Counted from the stretch's first letter, positions 1 to 13,543 are shown. The stretch is 64,000 nucleotides of DNA from Octopus vulgaris (GCA_951406725.2 OX597815.1:44454001-44518000); one strand, 5' to 3'. The notes: generated by a model from the sequence alone, not told the origin. Program-made: numbers and translations.

Positions 1-58
1 CGAAATGCTGCTAAACATTTTGCCTGACGTACTAACGATTCTCCCGGCTCGCCGCCTT
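1..58 (-). mobile_element. SINE family B, 5' end (cut by window edge)
   Basis: Matches 6009-6066 and 36281-36338; reverse complement of the head aggcggcgagctggcagaaacgttagcacgccgggcgaaatgc. Confidence 0.75.
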
Positions 59-754
59 CCACATAAATTGCTCCATTCTGAACACACCAACATACATCAT
101 CAGTTTTCACCTTTTTGCTGTTTATAACACAATGACTTGCCGACACACTCCACCACAATTGTCTCCTACAAGTCTAGTGAGTATCATTAATGCGAGAGAA
201 CATCACAGCTTCTCCCCCCACACCGCATACATACGCACGCGCAAATGCTTCGCTAACTTAAGAGAAATAAGATTCTGCAACTTCGCCTGTATTTTTACCT
301 CCCCACTGTCTGCCTGCTTGTTCCGAGACGGTGTTTTTCACTAACGGCCTAGAAGATAAATATAAAATGTAAAGATAAACAGGCATTAAGGGCTTAAAGG
401 CTGCAAAACCCCCATCCCACCGCAGAAACTTACAGACAAACACATAGACATACGAACATGCTGTTGAGCGAACTACTAAAGTACCTCAACAGGTTGTATT
501 AGGGGGGCCCAGTCCGTCACATTTTTTCCTCTCGCTACGGGAGTCTGTAATTTGAAACGGCAATGCATGCAATTTATTTGTTAAATGTGTAAGTGGTAAT
601 AGTATTATTGTTAGGCGCATGTGTATGAGTTAATTAGGGTACGTATTTCTGTATAGGAATATATGCACACATGTATGCTTCATGTATGATTGTCTGAGTG
701 CTTGTATATACATGTGTGAGTGTGTGTATGTATGATATATATATACGCGTGTGT

Positions 755-798
<44 letters not shown>

Positions 799-800
<2 letters not shown>

Positions 801-994
801 GTAGTTAAGTCCTATGTCCAGCCATAAAGTGACCTATGGTTTCGTATCCACAAAGGGCTTATCTCCTTGCTTCCCAGAGTTGAAGAGTTACATAGTCTTC
901 TACTTTAGAGTCTGACGAGATGACCATGGGGCTGGGCTCTTTCTGGATGCGAAACCATTCGTCATTCTATGACTGAACATAGGCTTAACTACAT
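799..994. mobile_element. MITE/foldback with ~55-bp imperfect terminal inverted repeats
   Basis: atgtagttaagtcctatgtccagccata..atggtttcgtatcca pairs with tggatgcgaaaccat..tatgactgaacataggcttaactacat; abuts (TA)n. Confidence 0.7.
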
Positions 995-1051
995 ATAAAT
1001 ACTGCTCTATGCTTTAGAGTATGCTTCTTTTTCGGATATACGATACATTGA

Positions 1052-1191
<140 letters not shown>

Positions 1192-1200
1192 CTATATATA

Positions 1201-1366
1201 GGCGCAGGAGTGGCTGTGTGGTAAATAGCTTGCTTACCAACCACATGGTCCCGGGTTCAGTCCCACTGCGTGGCATCTTCGGCAAGTGTTTTCTACTATA
1301 GCCTCGGGCCGACCAAAGCCTTGTGAGTGGATTTGGGTAGATGGAAACTGAAAGAAGCCCGTCGTA

Positions 1367-1415
<49 letters not shown>

Positions 1416-1621
1416 ATGTTTGTGTGTCTGTGTTTGTCCCCCTAGCATTGCTTGACAACCGATGCTGGTGTGTTTACGTCGCCGTCACTTAGCGGTTCGG
1501 CAAAAGAGACCGATAGAATAAGTACTGGGCTTACAAAGAATAAGTCCCGGGGTCGATTTGCACGACTAAAGGCGGTGCTCCAGCATGGCCGCAGTCAAAT
1601 GACTGAAACAAGTAAATGAGA

Positions 1622-1622
<1 letters not shown>
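1201..1622 (+). mobile_element. SINE family A, full length (tRNA head, CORE-like segment, internal (TA)n(TG)n, 3' tail)
   Basis: A-box-like tggctgtgtggtaa and B-box-like ggttcagtccc; CORE-like segment (ccttgggcaagtg in better-preserved copies); near-identical copies at 41412-41813 and 28612-29035. Confidence 0.9.
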
Positions 1623-1667
<45 letters not shown>

Positions 1668-1669
<2 letters not shown>

Positions 1670-2314
1670 TAGGCGTGCAGTCCATGGAAGCAAGGGAAGC
1701 AATGGTTCCCTTAAAAACTTATAGAAACAAAATTGAAACTATATTACTTAATGTTCTGTTAAATTGATATAAACTACATGGCATCATAGGCTTCTGTCTT
1801 TTATTGTCGGAATTAGTATGAGACGAGAAGCAGTGGCAGACGACACAAAAAAAAACTATGCGAGGGAAGCAATACGAGCTGTTGCATCCTTTTGGGTGTA
1901 ATATTTTAACATTTATTAATTCCGATAAAAATGCCACAAAGACAAATTTTTTCTAGTAAGAGCCGATAACGTACAGTTTTAGATGTTAATAAATACTTAT
2001 ACGCTTAGATTAAGTTTCTGTCAATTCGCAGTACCTAATCTTAGGTTGTTATGTAACACTTACATAGAAAAAGTGAAGCAAGTTGACATTCTGCTTCCAG
2101 CAGAAAAAACGGTGAAAAGATAACACGCGCGTAGTTTTCTGCGTTTATTCAACTAGTATTTTATACACTTTCAAATTACAGAACACCTTTAATATAAAAT
2201 GTGATTTTTTTTTTAATTTAAAAAATATCTCTATAATATGAACATGTCAATTTCTATGTGACAGAAAATTTTGGTCATTGCTTCCCCAGCCCAAAAAATC
2301 ACAGCACGCTCCTG
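1668..2314. mobile_element. Putative non-autonomous hAT-like DNA element
   Basis: Ends cataggcgtgc ... gcacgctcctg; subterminal gggaagcaatg / cattgcttccc inverted motifs; no clear target-site duplication (TSD). Confidence 0.5.
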
Positions 2315-2469
2315 GTGTCTATATTTATATTTATGCATACCTATAACAGAGTGACTCCAGCTCCGAGAGTTCGTGTGTTGGCATTTATCAACGAACGAAA
2401 CTCCCTGATCATGAGTCACTCTGTTACTTCTGCTAAATATTAATATATTATATATTATATATATATATA

Positions 2470-2524
<55 letters not shown>

Positions 2525-2601
2525 GTACGTACACACATATATATATACATATACATAGATACGTACATACATACATGCATACGTACATGCGTACATATAT
2601 A

Positions 2602-3792
2602 CAGGGTGCGTAAGATATTTGAGGACAGATATTTGTTTATAAAAAGCAGATATATAATAGATAATAACTTTAAAAATAAACCTTCTTGTCTATAATGTTA
2701 TTCAATAAAGCCACCTTCAGCTTCAACAACTGCTTCTATATGAGATTTAAATCATCTACATGCTTGAATCAAGTGGTCCTGGTTCATTTTGGACATTCCT
2801 CTGACTATGACAGCTTTGAAAGAATTTTTGATGTTATGGGCATGTTCATTGACCTCTCTCTCAACAACTCTCCACATGTAATAGCCCAATTGATTGAAAT
2901 TTGGGGAATCCAGAGGCCAAATTTTAGGGGTTATGTGATCAGGAAAATTTTAAGCCATCCATTCCTGTGTTACTAGAGCCATGTGTGATAGTGTAGAATC
3001 TTACTGAAACACATTAGGCCTTCTATTGCATACACTGTCTATCTAGGGTTTAACTATTATTTCCAGGACCTCAATGTAGGTGGCAGAGTTAACTCGAAGG
3101 CCTTGTGGAAAGAAGTAAGGAGGCATCACATGTCCTTCATTGCTAACAACCCCTAAAACCATGACAGTTGCAGCAAATTTTCAGAAGGGTCTGAACACAA
3201 CCATCTGTCAATTCTTATATTATCTTTTTGATCTTGGTCGAAGTTTTCTCGTTTGAGAAAAACCAAATCAAAACCTTCTGCTGGATTTTTCAGTTGGCTT
3301 AAGAGCCTTTAGATCTGATGTAGGGATTTTCTTTTGCTTTTTCTGAAAAGTTGACCTTTTTTCATCTGATGTCTCCGTGGACAACATTTCTAACTGTTAC
3401 TTCTGACAAATGGAGAAATTTTGCAATTGAACTCATGGACTTTCCAGGATTGTAATCAATGGTCTGTTGAATTTGCTGGATAAATTCAGGTGTTCTGATG
3501 ATTTCAAAGCGTTTAGAATTCTTTTTTACGCTTTGATACTGGTGATACGTTTCCATCTTCAGTCTCTAGCTCCTAACAAACTTGTTGACGAAAGAACTGA
3601 CAAATTTTAAAAATCGAGATATTTCTAAATCGCTATGTCCAGCCTTTATAACAACAATACCAGCATGCCTCTTCATTTCTTGAGTAAGCTGAGGATCTGC
3701 AATTATTATTTTCTGAAACAAAGATTATACACAGTTAGCAAAAAATGCAGCAATGACCCAAAAACGGTATGTCCTCAAATACCTCACGCACC

Positions 3793-3795
<3 letters not shown>
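2602..3795 (-). mobile_element. Tc1/mariner (maT/DD37D-like) transposon with degenerate transposase
   Basis: TIRs cagggtgcgtaagatatttgaggaca / tgtcctcaaatacctcacgcaccctg, TA-flanked; minus-strand relics WFFSNEK, VMVLGVVSNEGHVMPP, FQ*DS, WPLDSPNFNQLGYYMWRVVEREVN. Confidence 0.88.
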
Positions 3796-3866
<71 letters not shown>

Positions 3867-3972
3867 TTACGTTTCAAGCAAAGTTCTTCTTCAAAAACAG
3901 GAGACAAAGGAAAGTCCAAATGAAAAGTAAGACGGAGGGAAAAAATCGCCACCTATCCACTTGTAGATTTTG

Positions 3973-4003
<31 letters not shown>

Positions 4004-4006
<3 letters not shown>

Positions 4007-4890
4007 GGTGTGATGGGTAAATTGTCGTCATTTTATATTTTTATTTTGCACATGCGTATTGTTTGTTTTTGATTTTGTCGACTACACAGTACAATAGGGT
4101 CAACTGTGCACCGTTTGCGAGAAAAACAGTAGCATGATGCAATTCAGTCTGTCATAAATTAGGAAACGACATACTGTACTGCTTGGTATTCGCGCCAGAA
4201 TTTCCAATACTGACATTTCAGAGTATTTGTGTGTCATTCTTAAGACAGCGCAATCTGAGGACATGTACCAAGAGTAATAAAAATCAAACATCCAATCAAC
4301 ATCATGGTGTTTGGAGTGATCACTACTGATGGCGAAGTTATGCCCCCATTCATCTTCCCACACGGTGTCACACTCAACGCGGAGGCCTACATTAAGTACC
4401 TGAAGGTGGGAGTGCTGCCCTGGGTAAAGAGGGTAGCTGTTGGAAGACCCTATGTCTGGCAACAGGACTCTGCACCATGCCAGACAAGCAGGAGAACCCA
4501 ATCATGGTGTCTAACAATTTCTGCGACCATATCACCCCTAACATCTGGCTACCTAACTTCCCAGACGGCAACCTCCTTGATTATTATGTGCGGGGCGCAG
4601 GTGAACGAGAGACCAAAAAAATTCCTTGTAACACCAAAGATGAGTGAAGGCAAGGATTATAGCAGCATTCACAAACTTAAACAAGGAGACCATCCAGAAG
4701 AGTTGCTGAAGATTCAGAGAGTCTTCTGCAGGCCGTGGTTAAAGCTAATGACGATATTATTGAATAAATTCACTCTTTAGTATTTAAAGATATATTTATG
4801 TAAGTTTGGTAAATATAGCTGTTAAAATGAGATGACGGTGTTATTTTCATTTTTGCGTAATTTAGAGGACAATATATTCGCCACACTGTG
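4004..4890 (+). mobile_element. Internally deleted maT-like transposon
   Basis: TIR cagggtgtgatgggtaaattgtcgtc with degenerate partner gaggacaatatattcgccacactgtg; TA-flanked; transposase fragment inside. Confidence 0.82.
4304..4760 (+). pseudogene. maT-type DDD transposase C-terminal fragment (frameshifted)
   Basis: MVFGVITTDGEVMPPFIFPHG..LPWVKRVAVGRPYVWQQDSAPC, then WLPNFPDGNLLDYY in a shifted frame. Confidence 0.85.
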
Positions 4891-4941
4891 TATATTTGTG
4901 CGTGTGATGTGGGTGCGTCTGTGCGTGTGAATATAGTGTGT

Positions 4942-5048
<107 letters not shown>

Positions 5049-5139
5049 ATAGAGAGAGTTACAAAGGAGCAGTATATCCATCTTGGACATATATGAGTGC
5101 GCGCGCGCGCGTGTTTGTCTGTGTGTGTATATGTGTGTA

Positions 5140-5343
5140 TGTGCGTCTTTATGTCTATGTTTGCCACCCACTCCCACTTATCATCGCTTGACAACCGGTG
5201 CTATTGTGTTTACGTCCCATAACTTACCGGGTAGGCAAAAGATCTCGACAAAAAATAATCCCTGGGGTCAATTTGTTCCACTAGAAACCCTCCAAGGCGA
5301 TGCTCCAGCATGGCCGCAGTCAAATGACTCGAACAAGCAAAAG
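5140..5343 (+). mobile_element. SINE A, 3' half (diverged)
   Basis: cgcttgacaaccggtgct...ccagcatggccgcagtcaaatgact. Confidence 0.8.
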
Positions 5344-5351
5344 ATCATATA

Positions 5352-5596
5352 CTCTTTACTCTTTTACTCTTTTACTTGTTTCAGTCATTTGACTGCGGCC
5401 ATGCTGGAGCACCGCCTTTAGTCAAGCAAATCGACCCCGGGACTTATTCTTTGTAAGCCCAGTACTTATTCTATCGGTCTCTTTTGCCGAACCGCTAAGT
5501 GACGGGGACGTAAACACACCAGCATCGGTTGTCAAGCAATGCTAGGGGAACAAACACAGACACACAAACACATACATATATATACGACAGGCTTCT
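5352..5596 (-). mobile_element. SINE A, 3' half (young), tail-to-tail with the previous copy
   Basis: Near-exact reverse complement of ~1352-1620. Confidence 0.88.
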
Positions 5597-5674
5597 AGTA
5601 AAGTTTATTTGCTAACATGTGGCAGTCCTAATATATATACATCATCAAAATAAGCAACAGGATATTTTTTTCCA

Positions 5675-6066
5675 CTCTATACAGAAGGCCCGAAATTTTC
5701 GGGGAGTGGGGACAATGTATTAGCTCGACCTCGGAATGCAACTGGTCCTTAATTTATCGACCCCAAAAGGGTCAAAGGCAAAGTCGACCTTAGCGGAAAT
5801 TGAACTCAGAACGTAAAGACAAACGAAATACCTATTTCGTTACTGCCCACAAGGGGCTACACACAGAGGGGACAAACAAAGACAGACAAACGGATTAAGT
5901 CGATTATATCGACGCCAGTGTGTAACTGGTACCTAATTTATCGACCCCGAAAGGATGAAAGGCAAAGTCGACCTCGGCGGAATTTGGACTCAGAACGTAA
6001 CGGCAGACGAAATACCGCAAAGCATTTCGCCCGGCGTGCTAACGTTTCTGCCAGCTCGCCGCCTTT
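5675..6066 (-). mobile_element. SINE family B tandem dimer
   Basis: Two copies of the core gtcgactttgcctttcatcctttcggggtcgataaa..gtaccagt; tRNA-like head at ~5975-6066. Confidence 0.85.
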
Positions 6067-6419
6067 AAACAACAGCATAGTATATATATCGTATGTGCCA
6101 ACACAGCACTCGCCTTGTAGGCAGGTTTAATATATTAAGAGTAGCTGGATTAACATTCGTTTAATACGTTCACTGAACTAATTAAACATAAACATTCTCT
6201 TAATGAGGGTCGTTGCAAGTGCTGGAAATAAAAGCCTGTCATGCCGTACTTAATAAAACGCTGTTTATGTCGGATAATGCTCACGTAAATATATTTCTCT
6301 ATGAGAAAATATAAATTACAAGATGAAAAGATCACAAGTCATAAGTCGTAACTCTTTCAGATTAAAACTAGCCTTGGGTTAAACAACAACCATAGCAATG
6401 CTCAGTTAGAAATAACTTT

Positions 6420-6650
6420 TAGTTGTTTCAGTCGTAGATTTAGGGCCATGCTGGGGCACCACTTTCAAAGATTTAGTCGACTAATTCGATACATATTTTT
6501 TTAAAGTCAGTTACTTTTGCTGAACGGGTACGTTACGAGAGGACATAAAACAAACCAACACCGGTTGTCAAGCGATGGTCGGGGACCAACACAAACAACG
6601 ACACACACACACACATGTATGTATATATATATATGTGTGGGGGGGGGTAT

Positions 6651-6709
<59 letters not shown>

Positions 6710-6880
6710 TGTACACAACGGATTTCTTTCAGTTTCCGTCTCCCGTATGTACTCACAAGGCTTTACTCAACTCAGGGTTATAGTAGTAGATACTTACCCA
6801 AGGTGTCATCGCACAGTTAGACTTGAACGCACGACCACATCGTTGGGGAGGAAATTTCTTATCCCTATACCCTACGTCTG
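6420..6880 (-). mobile_element. SINE A, diverged full length
   Basis: Recognisable tail (gccatgctggggcacc), internal microsatellite and head. Confidence 0.75.
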
Positions 6881-7032
6881 CGTCTATTTGCTACATGACA
6901 CATTTATCTATCATATGTAACATTCATTTCCACGTATTTCTGGTGTCTTGTTTTTAAAAACTTAATTATACGGTGTAATTCAAACTTCCAGGCATACACA
7001 TAAATAATATAGTGAGCAAAATCAACAATATC

Positions 7033-7067
<35 letters not shown>

Positions 7068-7489
7068 GTATGCATGTATGTATGTATGTATGTATGTATG
7101 TATGTATGTATGTATGTATTATGTATGTATGTATGTACGTACACGCGCGTGTGTATGTGAAATTCCCCCCAAATAAAACAGATCGAGGTTAAGCGCATAA
7201 TGCAATAACTGCCTCAGCAAGGCCTTAGCTCATAGATGGAAACTGCTCAAAGAATTAACAGAATACAATATGAAGAGAGAGAAAGAGAGACAGCTACATC
7301 TCGGCAAAGTGGTTTATGCGAGGTGAAATATTAAGAGATAAAAGTGGGTGGGGCCGATTTGTTTATAAATGAAGTTAATGGCTGTTCGACATAACAGTGA
7401 AATACTTGTGTATACGTGTGTGTGCGCGCGCGTACATTTGTATGCATCTGTATGTATATATATGTATATATAATTGCGTACATACGTAT

Positions 7490-7655
7490 AAGTGACGTGG
7501 TTGTATGGCAAGAGGTTTGGTTCCCAACCACATGGTTCTGGGTTCAGTCCAATTGCGTGGCAACTTTGACGAGTGTTTTCTACTATAGCCTCCGGCCGAC
7601 CAACATGTTTCTAGAGGATTTGGAAGACGGAAACTGAAAGAAGCTTTTCGTATAT
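7490..7655 (+). mobile_element. SINE A, 5' half
   Basis: caaccacatggttctgggttcagtcc...gacggaaactgaaagaagc. Confidence 0.75.
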
Positions 7656-8859
7656 ATATACATACCTAGGATCTTTTCTAAAAGATGGACAGAATTTTCT
7701 ACTAAACTAAATAATTTGAAACTTCGTATACTGGCAGAATGTGTCAAAAGAAAACATTAATTTCAATTAGTTTTTTTGAGAAAAATGTATTTTGTAACTT
7801 TTACGTAGTTTAATTCTTCGAATTTTAACCAATCGTATTCTCTGTTTTGAGCTTAATTCAATCCTGCCGTGTTATTCATCCTTATCACTGTCTTCTGTGT
7901 TCTGTCTTCAAAGGCTTCTCGTATGTTTATTTCAATGTCATCCCTGACTTACGGAACGATTACCTGTATGTGTGTGTTTTTGTTGTGTATGTGTGTGCGT
8001 GTGTGTGTTTGTTGTGTGTGTTATTGTTGTGTGTGTTTTTTCCAGTGCCGAAAAGGAACTTTCTTATCTTCCATTTTAAAGGGTCACAGAATTAACACAC
8101 GTTATAGGAACATAAACCTTCTTCCACGGAAAGATAGCTTAAACTGTGCTTTAAATGGAGGTGTAGTCAAATCCTATTTTATGGACTCAACCATGTTCTA
8201 AAATAAGTCGAAATGTAAGCTACTATAAATCGGCACAAACTTTCCGGACAACCCAATATATATGTAGACTGGATTGTCAGAATCGTGTCAGCACCGGATA
8301 TAACGCTTTACAGTGCAGGTAACAACAGCGACTTTGCAGACACTGGAATTTCTTATAATCAGTACTAATTTGCACTACTGTACAAGTCTCTTTATTAATT
8401 TGATTATCTAAATAACATCAATATTTATTTGATTTAGAACGTGTGTTGACAAAGATAACCACCCCTGGTTCGTTGGCGCCAAAAGTTCCGGAAAATCGAT
8501 GCTGAGACTTTATTTCTTCGGGCTGTTTACGTTTTGAGCCTTAATCTATCTGTGCAATCTGTGGATTTCGTATGCATGGGTTCCATTCAATATGGCACCA
8601 GTATTTCACCAGTGATTCACTGTGTTCGATTTCATTGATTACTGCTCGTTGTCAATGTGCAACGATTTAGTAGGTTTAAACCACCTAGCAAACGATGGGT
8701 CTCTAATGGCAGGTGGTATGACCTACAGAGTGGAGAACGTTGCCCCAAAGCATCATGGCATTTCTCTATAATAACCTGTAGTACGGCTAACGTCACATAC
8801 CCGTACACACACACACATTCCAGCACGGCACCTTCCCCTCCTGCATGTGTATGTATGTA

Positions 8860-9013
8860 GCCACTACACACATTTTTTTGCTCTCCTTGTTTCTTTCTGT
8901 GTTCCTTTCTGTAGAAGAGCGTAGGCTTGAAACGTGAAAGACTTTTTCAATTCCTGAGCGTTATACTAATACATCTGTTTGTTGTCTAACCACCTGTTTT
9001 CGTCTTTTGTTTT
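8860..9013 (+). mobile_element. Penelope-type pseudo-LTR with degenerate hammerhead-like motif
   Basis: ctgtagaagagcgtaggcttgaaacgt..ctaatacatctgtttg; related copies at 31832-31975(-), 22110-22300(-) and 24518-24680(+). Confidence 0.65.
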
Positions 9014-9769
9014 TTCTACAGACAAAGATCGGGAACAGCGATGGGCACGCGTACTGCGCCTTCTTTTGCCAACCTAGTGATGGGATACCTCGAAAAAATA
9101 CTCTACCAGATAACACTCGAGAAATATGGAAACACCTTCTCCACCTATATCCAGAACAACTGGAAAAGATACCACGACGACTGCTTTATCCTCTGGGATA
9201 AAAGTATAGAGAAACTTGAGGAATTTAAAATACTATTAAATGGAATAAATGATAATATACAATTCACGATGGATCATAACGAAGAGGAATTACCATTTTT
9301 AGACATCCTCATTAAGAAAGCCGGCGACAAAATAGAGACAGATATCTATTATAAACCGACAGACTCCAAACAGTACCTACGCTTTGATTCATGCCACCCA
9401 AGACACACTAGAATAAATGTCCCTTTTTGTTTAGCTAGAAGGATTTGCACCATAATATCAGACACAAACACCCGACACACACGTCTCCAGGAACTTAGAA
9501 CTACACTCATAAATAGAAATTATCCACAGCCCCTAATAGACAGTGCAATCCAACGGGCACTTAAATTAAGTATAGAAGACCTGAGACAAACAAAACCAAA
9601 AAAGAAAGAAAAATTAAAAACCCTTCCCTACATCTCTACACACAACCCACTTAACAATGAGGCCTTCAGTACCATACTACAAAGCACAGCACTACTAAAG
9701 GGAGACCCAAAGATGAACAAGATCCTCGAAACACCATCATTAAAAGTAAACGGCAACCAAAATCCTTGA
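9014..9769 (+). pseudogene. Penelope-like reverse transcriptase, 5'-truncated
   Basis: FYRQRSGTAMGTRTAPSFANL, RYHDDCF, IQFTM..LPFLDILI..TDIYYKPTDSKQYL..SCHPRH. Confidence 0.93.
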
Positions 9770-10222
9770 AAAGGATTTTAACCCAAGCTAAACTGCACTC
9801 AACATCAACCACAAAACCAGCAGTTAGAAAATGTGGAAGGCCCAACTGCGGAATCTGTGTCATCTTGGTAGAAGGTTCAGAATTTATACTAGAACAAGGC
9901 CTTCAGTTCACCATTAGAACAAACTTTACCTGTGCATCAGAAAACTTAATTTACGTCTTAACATGCGCAGGCTGCAATAGGCAGTATATAGGCCATACAA
10001 AAAATAGCTTACGTAAAAGGATGGCGGTGCATAAATCCCAAATTAGAAACCCTGAATACCGGAAAATACCGGTCAGCGGACACATAGATAGATGTGCTAC
10101 AAATGAAAATCCGAAATTTACAACTTACCCACTTTACAAATTCAGTGACAGCGTAACCTTCACCCAACGCCAAAATAAAGAACTTTATTTCACTCAAAAA
10201 ATTTAGACCAAGTTTGAACACC
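9766..10222 (+). pseudogene. Penelope GIY-YIG endonuclease (Neptune-like C-x4-C-x2-C linker), frameshifted relative to RT
   Basis: KCGRPNCGIC..FTCASENLIYVLTCAGCNRQYIGHT..LRKRMAVH. Confidence 0.92.
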
Positions 10223-10400
10223 CTGGGCCAGGAATATTAAAACAAAACATTGGTCTTTCGAAAAGGAAAAATGAAATTCTAGTAAAAAAAGGGTGGAGGT
10301 GGGGGGAATTACAATTTCTCAGATCTTTAAACAGTCACTCCCGCTTACAGTGGTATGTTTTAGGGAAAAATGAATTTATAAAGAAATTTTTTTCTGCGAG

Positions 10401-10599
10401 CAGATCTGATTTTGATTCGTTAAAAAATTGATGACGTTTTTCTTCTGTGGTCAAGCTTGTTGTTCGGCTTGGCTGGTTTCCTTACAGGATACAGTTATGG
10501 GTCAGATCTGATTTTGATTCGTTAAAAAAACTGATGACGTTTTTCTTCCGTGGTCAAGCTTGTCGTTCTACTTGGTTGGTTTCCTTACAGGATACAGTT
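10401..10599. repeat. Tandem duplication with ~102-bp period
   Basis: cagatctgattttgattcgttaaaaaa..ccttacaggatacagtt at 10401 and 10503. Confidence 0.85.
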
Positions 10600-10747
10600 G
10601 GGGGTCTTTACCTTGTATTCGTTGAAGTTTGGTTTTGATTGGTTTAATATTTTTGATAAGGTTCGTTTTTTCAAGAACTGAAACATGTAAAATTCATAAG
10701 AAAATAAAAATTTATCTAATATAGTGGCGTTTTCAAACTTCTTTTTT

Positions 10748-10830
<83 letters not shown>

Positions 10831-10840
10831 CATATATATT

Positions 10841-11085
10841 AGAGGCGTGTAATTTAGTAGTAAAGGTGTTGGATTCATAATAGCAACATTGTGCTTCCTA
10901 TTCCTGGACCGGGCGATGAGTTATGATCTTGAAGAAAACAGTTAATTCCACGTTCCTCCAATCCACCAAGCAGGTAAAAATGAGTATTCCTGGGATGAAA
11001 CAACAAACCCATCCAGTGAAAATATATACGCCACAAAAAACTGGACACGACTTATACGTCTGAATGACTCGAGGAGTTCTATCCT
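10841..11085 (+). mobile_element. Old tRNA-derived SINE (family D), diverged
   Basis: Head similar to 52325-52457(-); tail similar to 48480-48569. Confidence 0.55.
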
Positions 11086-11558
11086 TTTAATATACACTTA
11101 GCTAGTGTTGTTTCCAGGTCTTCAATGACTCAGATTTTAGCACCTGTTAGGGACAATTAACTATCGTGTGAAACACTGGGAGTGAAGGATCCCCTAGTTC
11201 TCGTTAAAACTTCCTTAAAGGAGAAGATAAACTCGTATAGAAAAAAACCCTAAGGTCCAGGTGATTTTTCGTTGTCTCAACCTCTATTGGGCCACTGTTT
11301 TTTTTAGGTGTGTACGTTGAAATATGAGTTTAGGGCTGCCCAACATTTCATCCAAATACACGCAAATAAACGCACGGGGAACCTCTTGGAATCTTGGAAC
11401 TTCTGCATGAAATCGGGAATTTAGGAACCGGTTCTTATTCGGAAGAGAGTTAAATTCCACCATGTGTGTGTGTGTGTGTGAGAGAGTGAGTGTGTGCGTA
11501 TGTGTGTATATGCATATATATACATATATATATATATGTATTTATGTAAATTTATGTA

Positions 11559-11612
<54 letters not shown>

Positions 11613-11668
11613 TATACATATATATATATACATATATGTATATATATTTTATATATATATATATGTAA

Positions 11669-11710
<42 letters not shown>

Positions 11711-11930
11711 CTACATACATGTATGTAGACATACGTATATGTTTATATCTATATACATGTATATATACATATATACCTCGCTCAGAGACTTATTATTGCT
11801 TATTTATACATATATATATATATATATTTAACATACATACACGGATTATTGAATTATTGTGTGTTTATATATAAATATATATGCATGTATGCATATATAT
11901 GCATTTATATATGCATATATATAAACAACT

Positions 11931-11963
<33 letters not shown>

Positions 11964-12169
11964 ATTGTATGTATATACATGAATACAGATATAAATTCAA
12001 GTTCATAACAAAATGTATATGTATGTATGTATGTACGTACGTACGTACGTACGTATGTATGTATGTATGTATGTATGTATGTATGTATGTATGTGTGTGT
12101 GTATGCATGTATGTGTGTGTATGTATGTATGTATGTATGTATGTATGTATGTATGTATGTATGTATGTA

Positions 12170-12368
12170 TGTATTTGTTCCACCAACATCGCTTCATAAC
12201 CAATGGTGGTGTGTTTACGTCCCACTCACCTAGCGGTTCGGCAAAAGCGACCCAGAGAAAAAGTACTAGGCTTACAAAGAATAAGACCTGGGGTCGATTT
12301 GTTCGACTAAAGGCAGTGCTCCAGCATGGCCGCAGTCAAATGAATGAAAGAAGCAAAGGAATAAAAGA
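12170..12368 (+). mobile_element. SINE A, 3' half after (TATG)n
   Basis: tagcggttcggcaaaag..aagaataag..ctccagcatggccgcagtcaaatga. Confidence 0.85.
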
Positions 12369-12604
12369 ATATATATATTATATAATATTCAGACACATTA
12401 GTGAAATATTGTTTATATATATATGCATGTATGTATGTATATATATACATATATACAAATACATAGATATATATGCATCTACATATATGTATGTATATAT
12501 ATATACACATATAATTAAATGTATATAGATATATGTATGTATAGGTACATACATATATAAATATACATATATATATGTATGTATGTATATATATATATGT
12601 ATAG

Positions 12605-12645
<41 letters not shown>

Positions 12646-12723
12646 CAACTAAGTCAATTTAAAATGTTAACTGAACTATACCTACTTTTTCACATATACA
12701 CATACACAAACACAAGTATCCAT

Positions 12724-12745
12724 ATATATATATATATATATATAT

Positions 12746-12805
<60 letters not shown>

Positions 12806-12808
12806 ATG

Positions 12809-12839
<31 letters not shown>

Positions 12840-12863
12840 CGATCGATCGATCGATCGATCGAT

Positions 12864-12947
<84 letters not shown>
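12724..12947. repeat. Compound (TA)n/(AGAT)n/(AGAC)n/(CGAT)n microsatellite
   Basis: Direct reading. Confidence 0.95.
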
Positions 12948-12949
<2 letters not shown>

Positions 12950-13543
12950 ATGCATGTTTACATACATACGCACATGTGTACGACAGTGTGTAAAATATGT
13001 AATCGAAATAACATACAGAAATTAAAATACAACATACTTTAGCTCTGGTGAAATTTAGCATTGAAATATAATGAATAAAAGTGGACTTTAACGGCGAATT
13101 CATAAACAGATTTATTGCAGAGTCAAAAAGACGCAAAATATAAGAAATAATCGTCCTGTCCTCCACTATCAATCACGCAGCCACTTATTCAAATGTACAT
13201 ATACACACACATATAATCACACATGTACACATATATGTGTCTATACATGCATATGTTTATATATAAATGTGTGTGTATGTGCTGTACATACACTTGTATA
13301 GCTAAACAAACTACTGTTGAATGCTTTCCCGCCTTTTTTCGTTCGTCACTTTACACGCTGTAGGAGGCTTAACGAACTTTAGATAGCTAGCTCTACTACT
13401 ATCAACCACGTGTCTTGATGTGTCATTTTCCCTAGTCAGATAGCCTGATAGTCAATCGCTTAAAAACATTGGGTTATCGCTTGCGCATACATACGAAATT
13501 ATGTACATGTACATATGTATGCACACATAGATACATACATACA

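Noticed and set aside
912-963. CTGACGA..GAAA hammerhead inside the MITE
   Set aside because: Stems I and II cannot be formed convincingly
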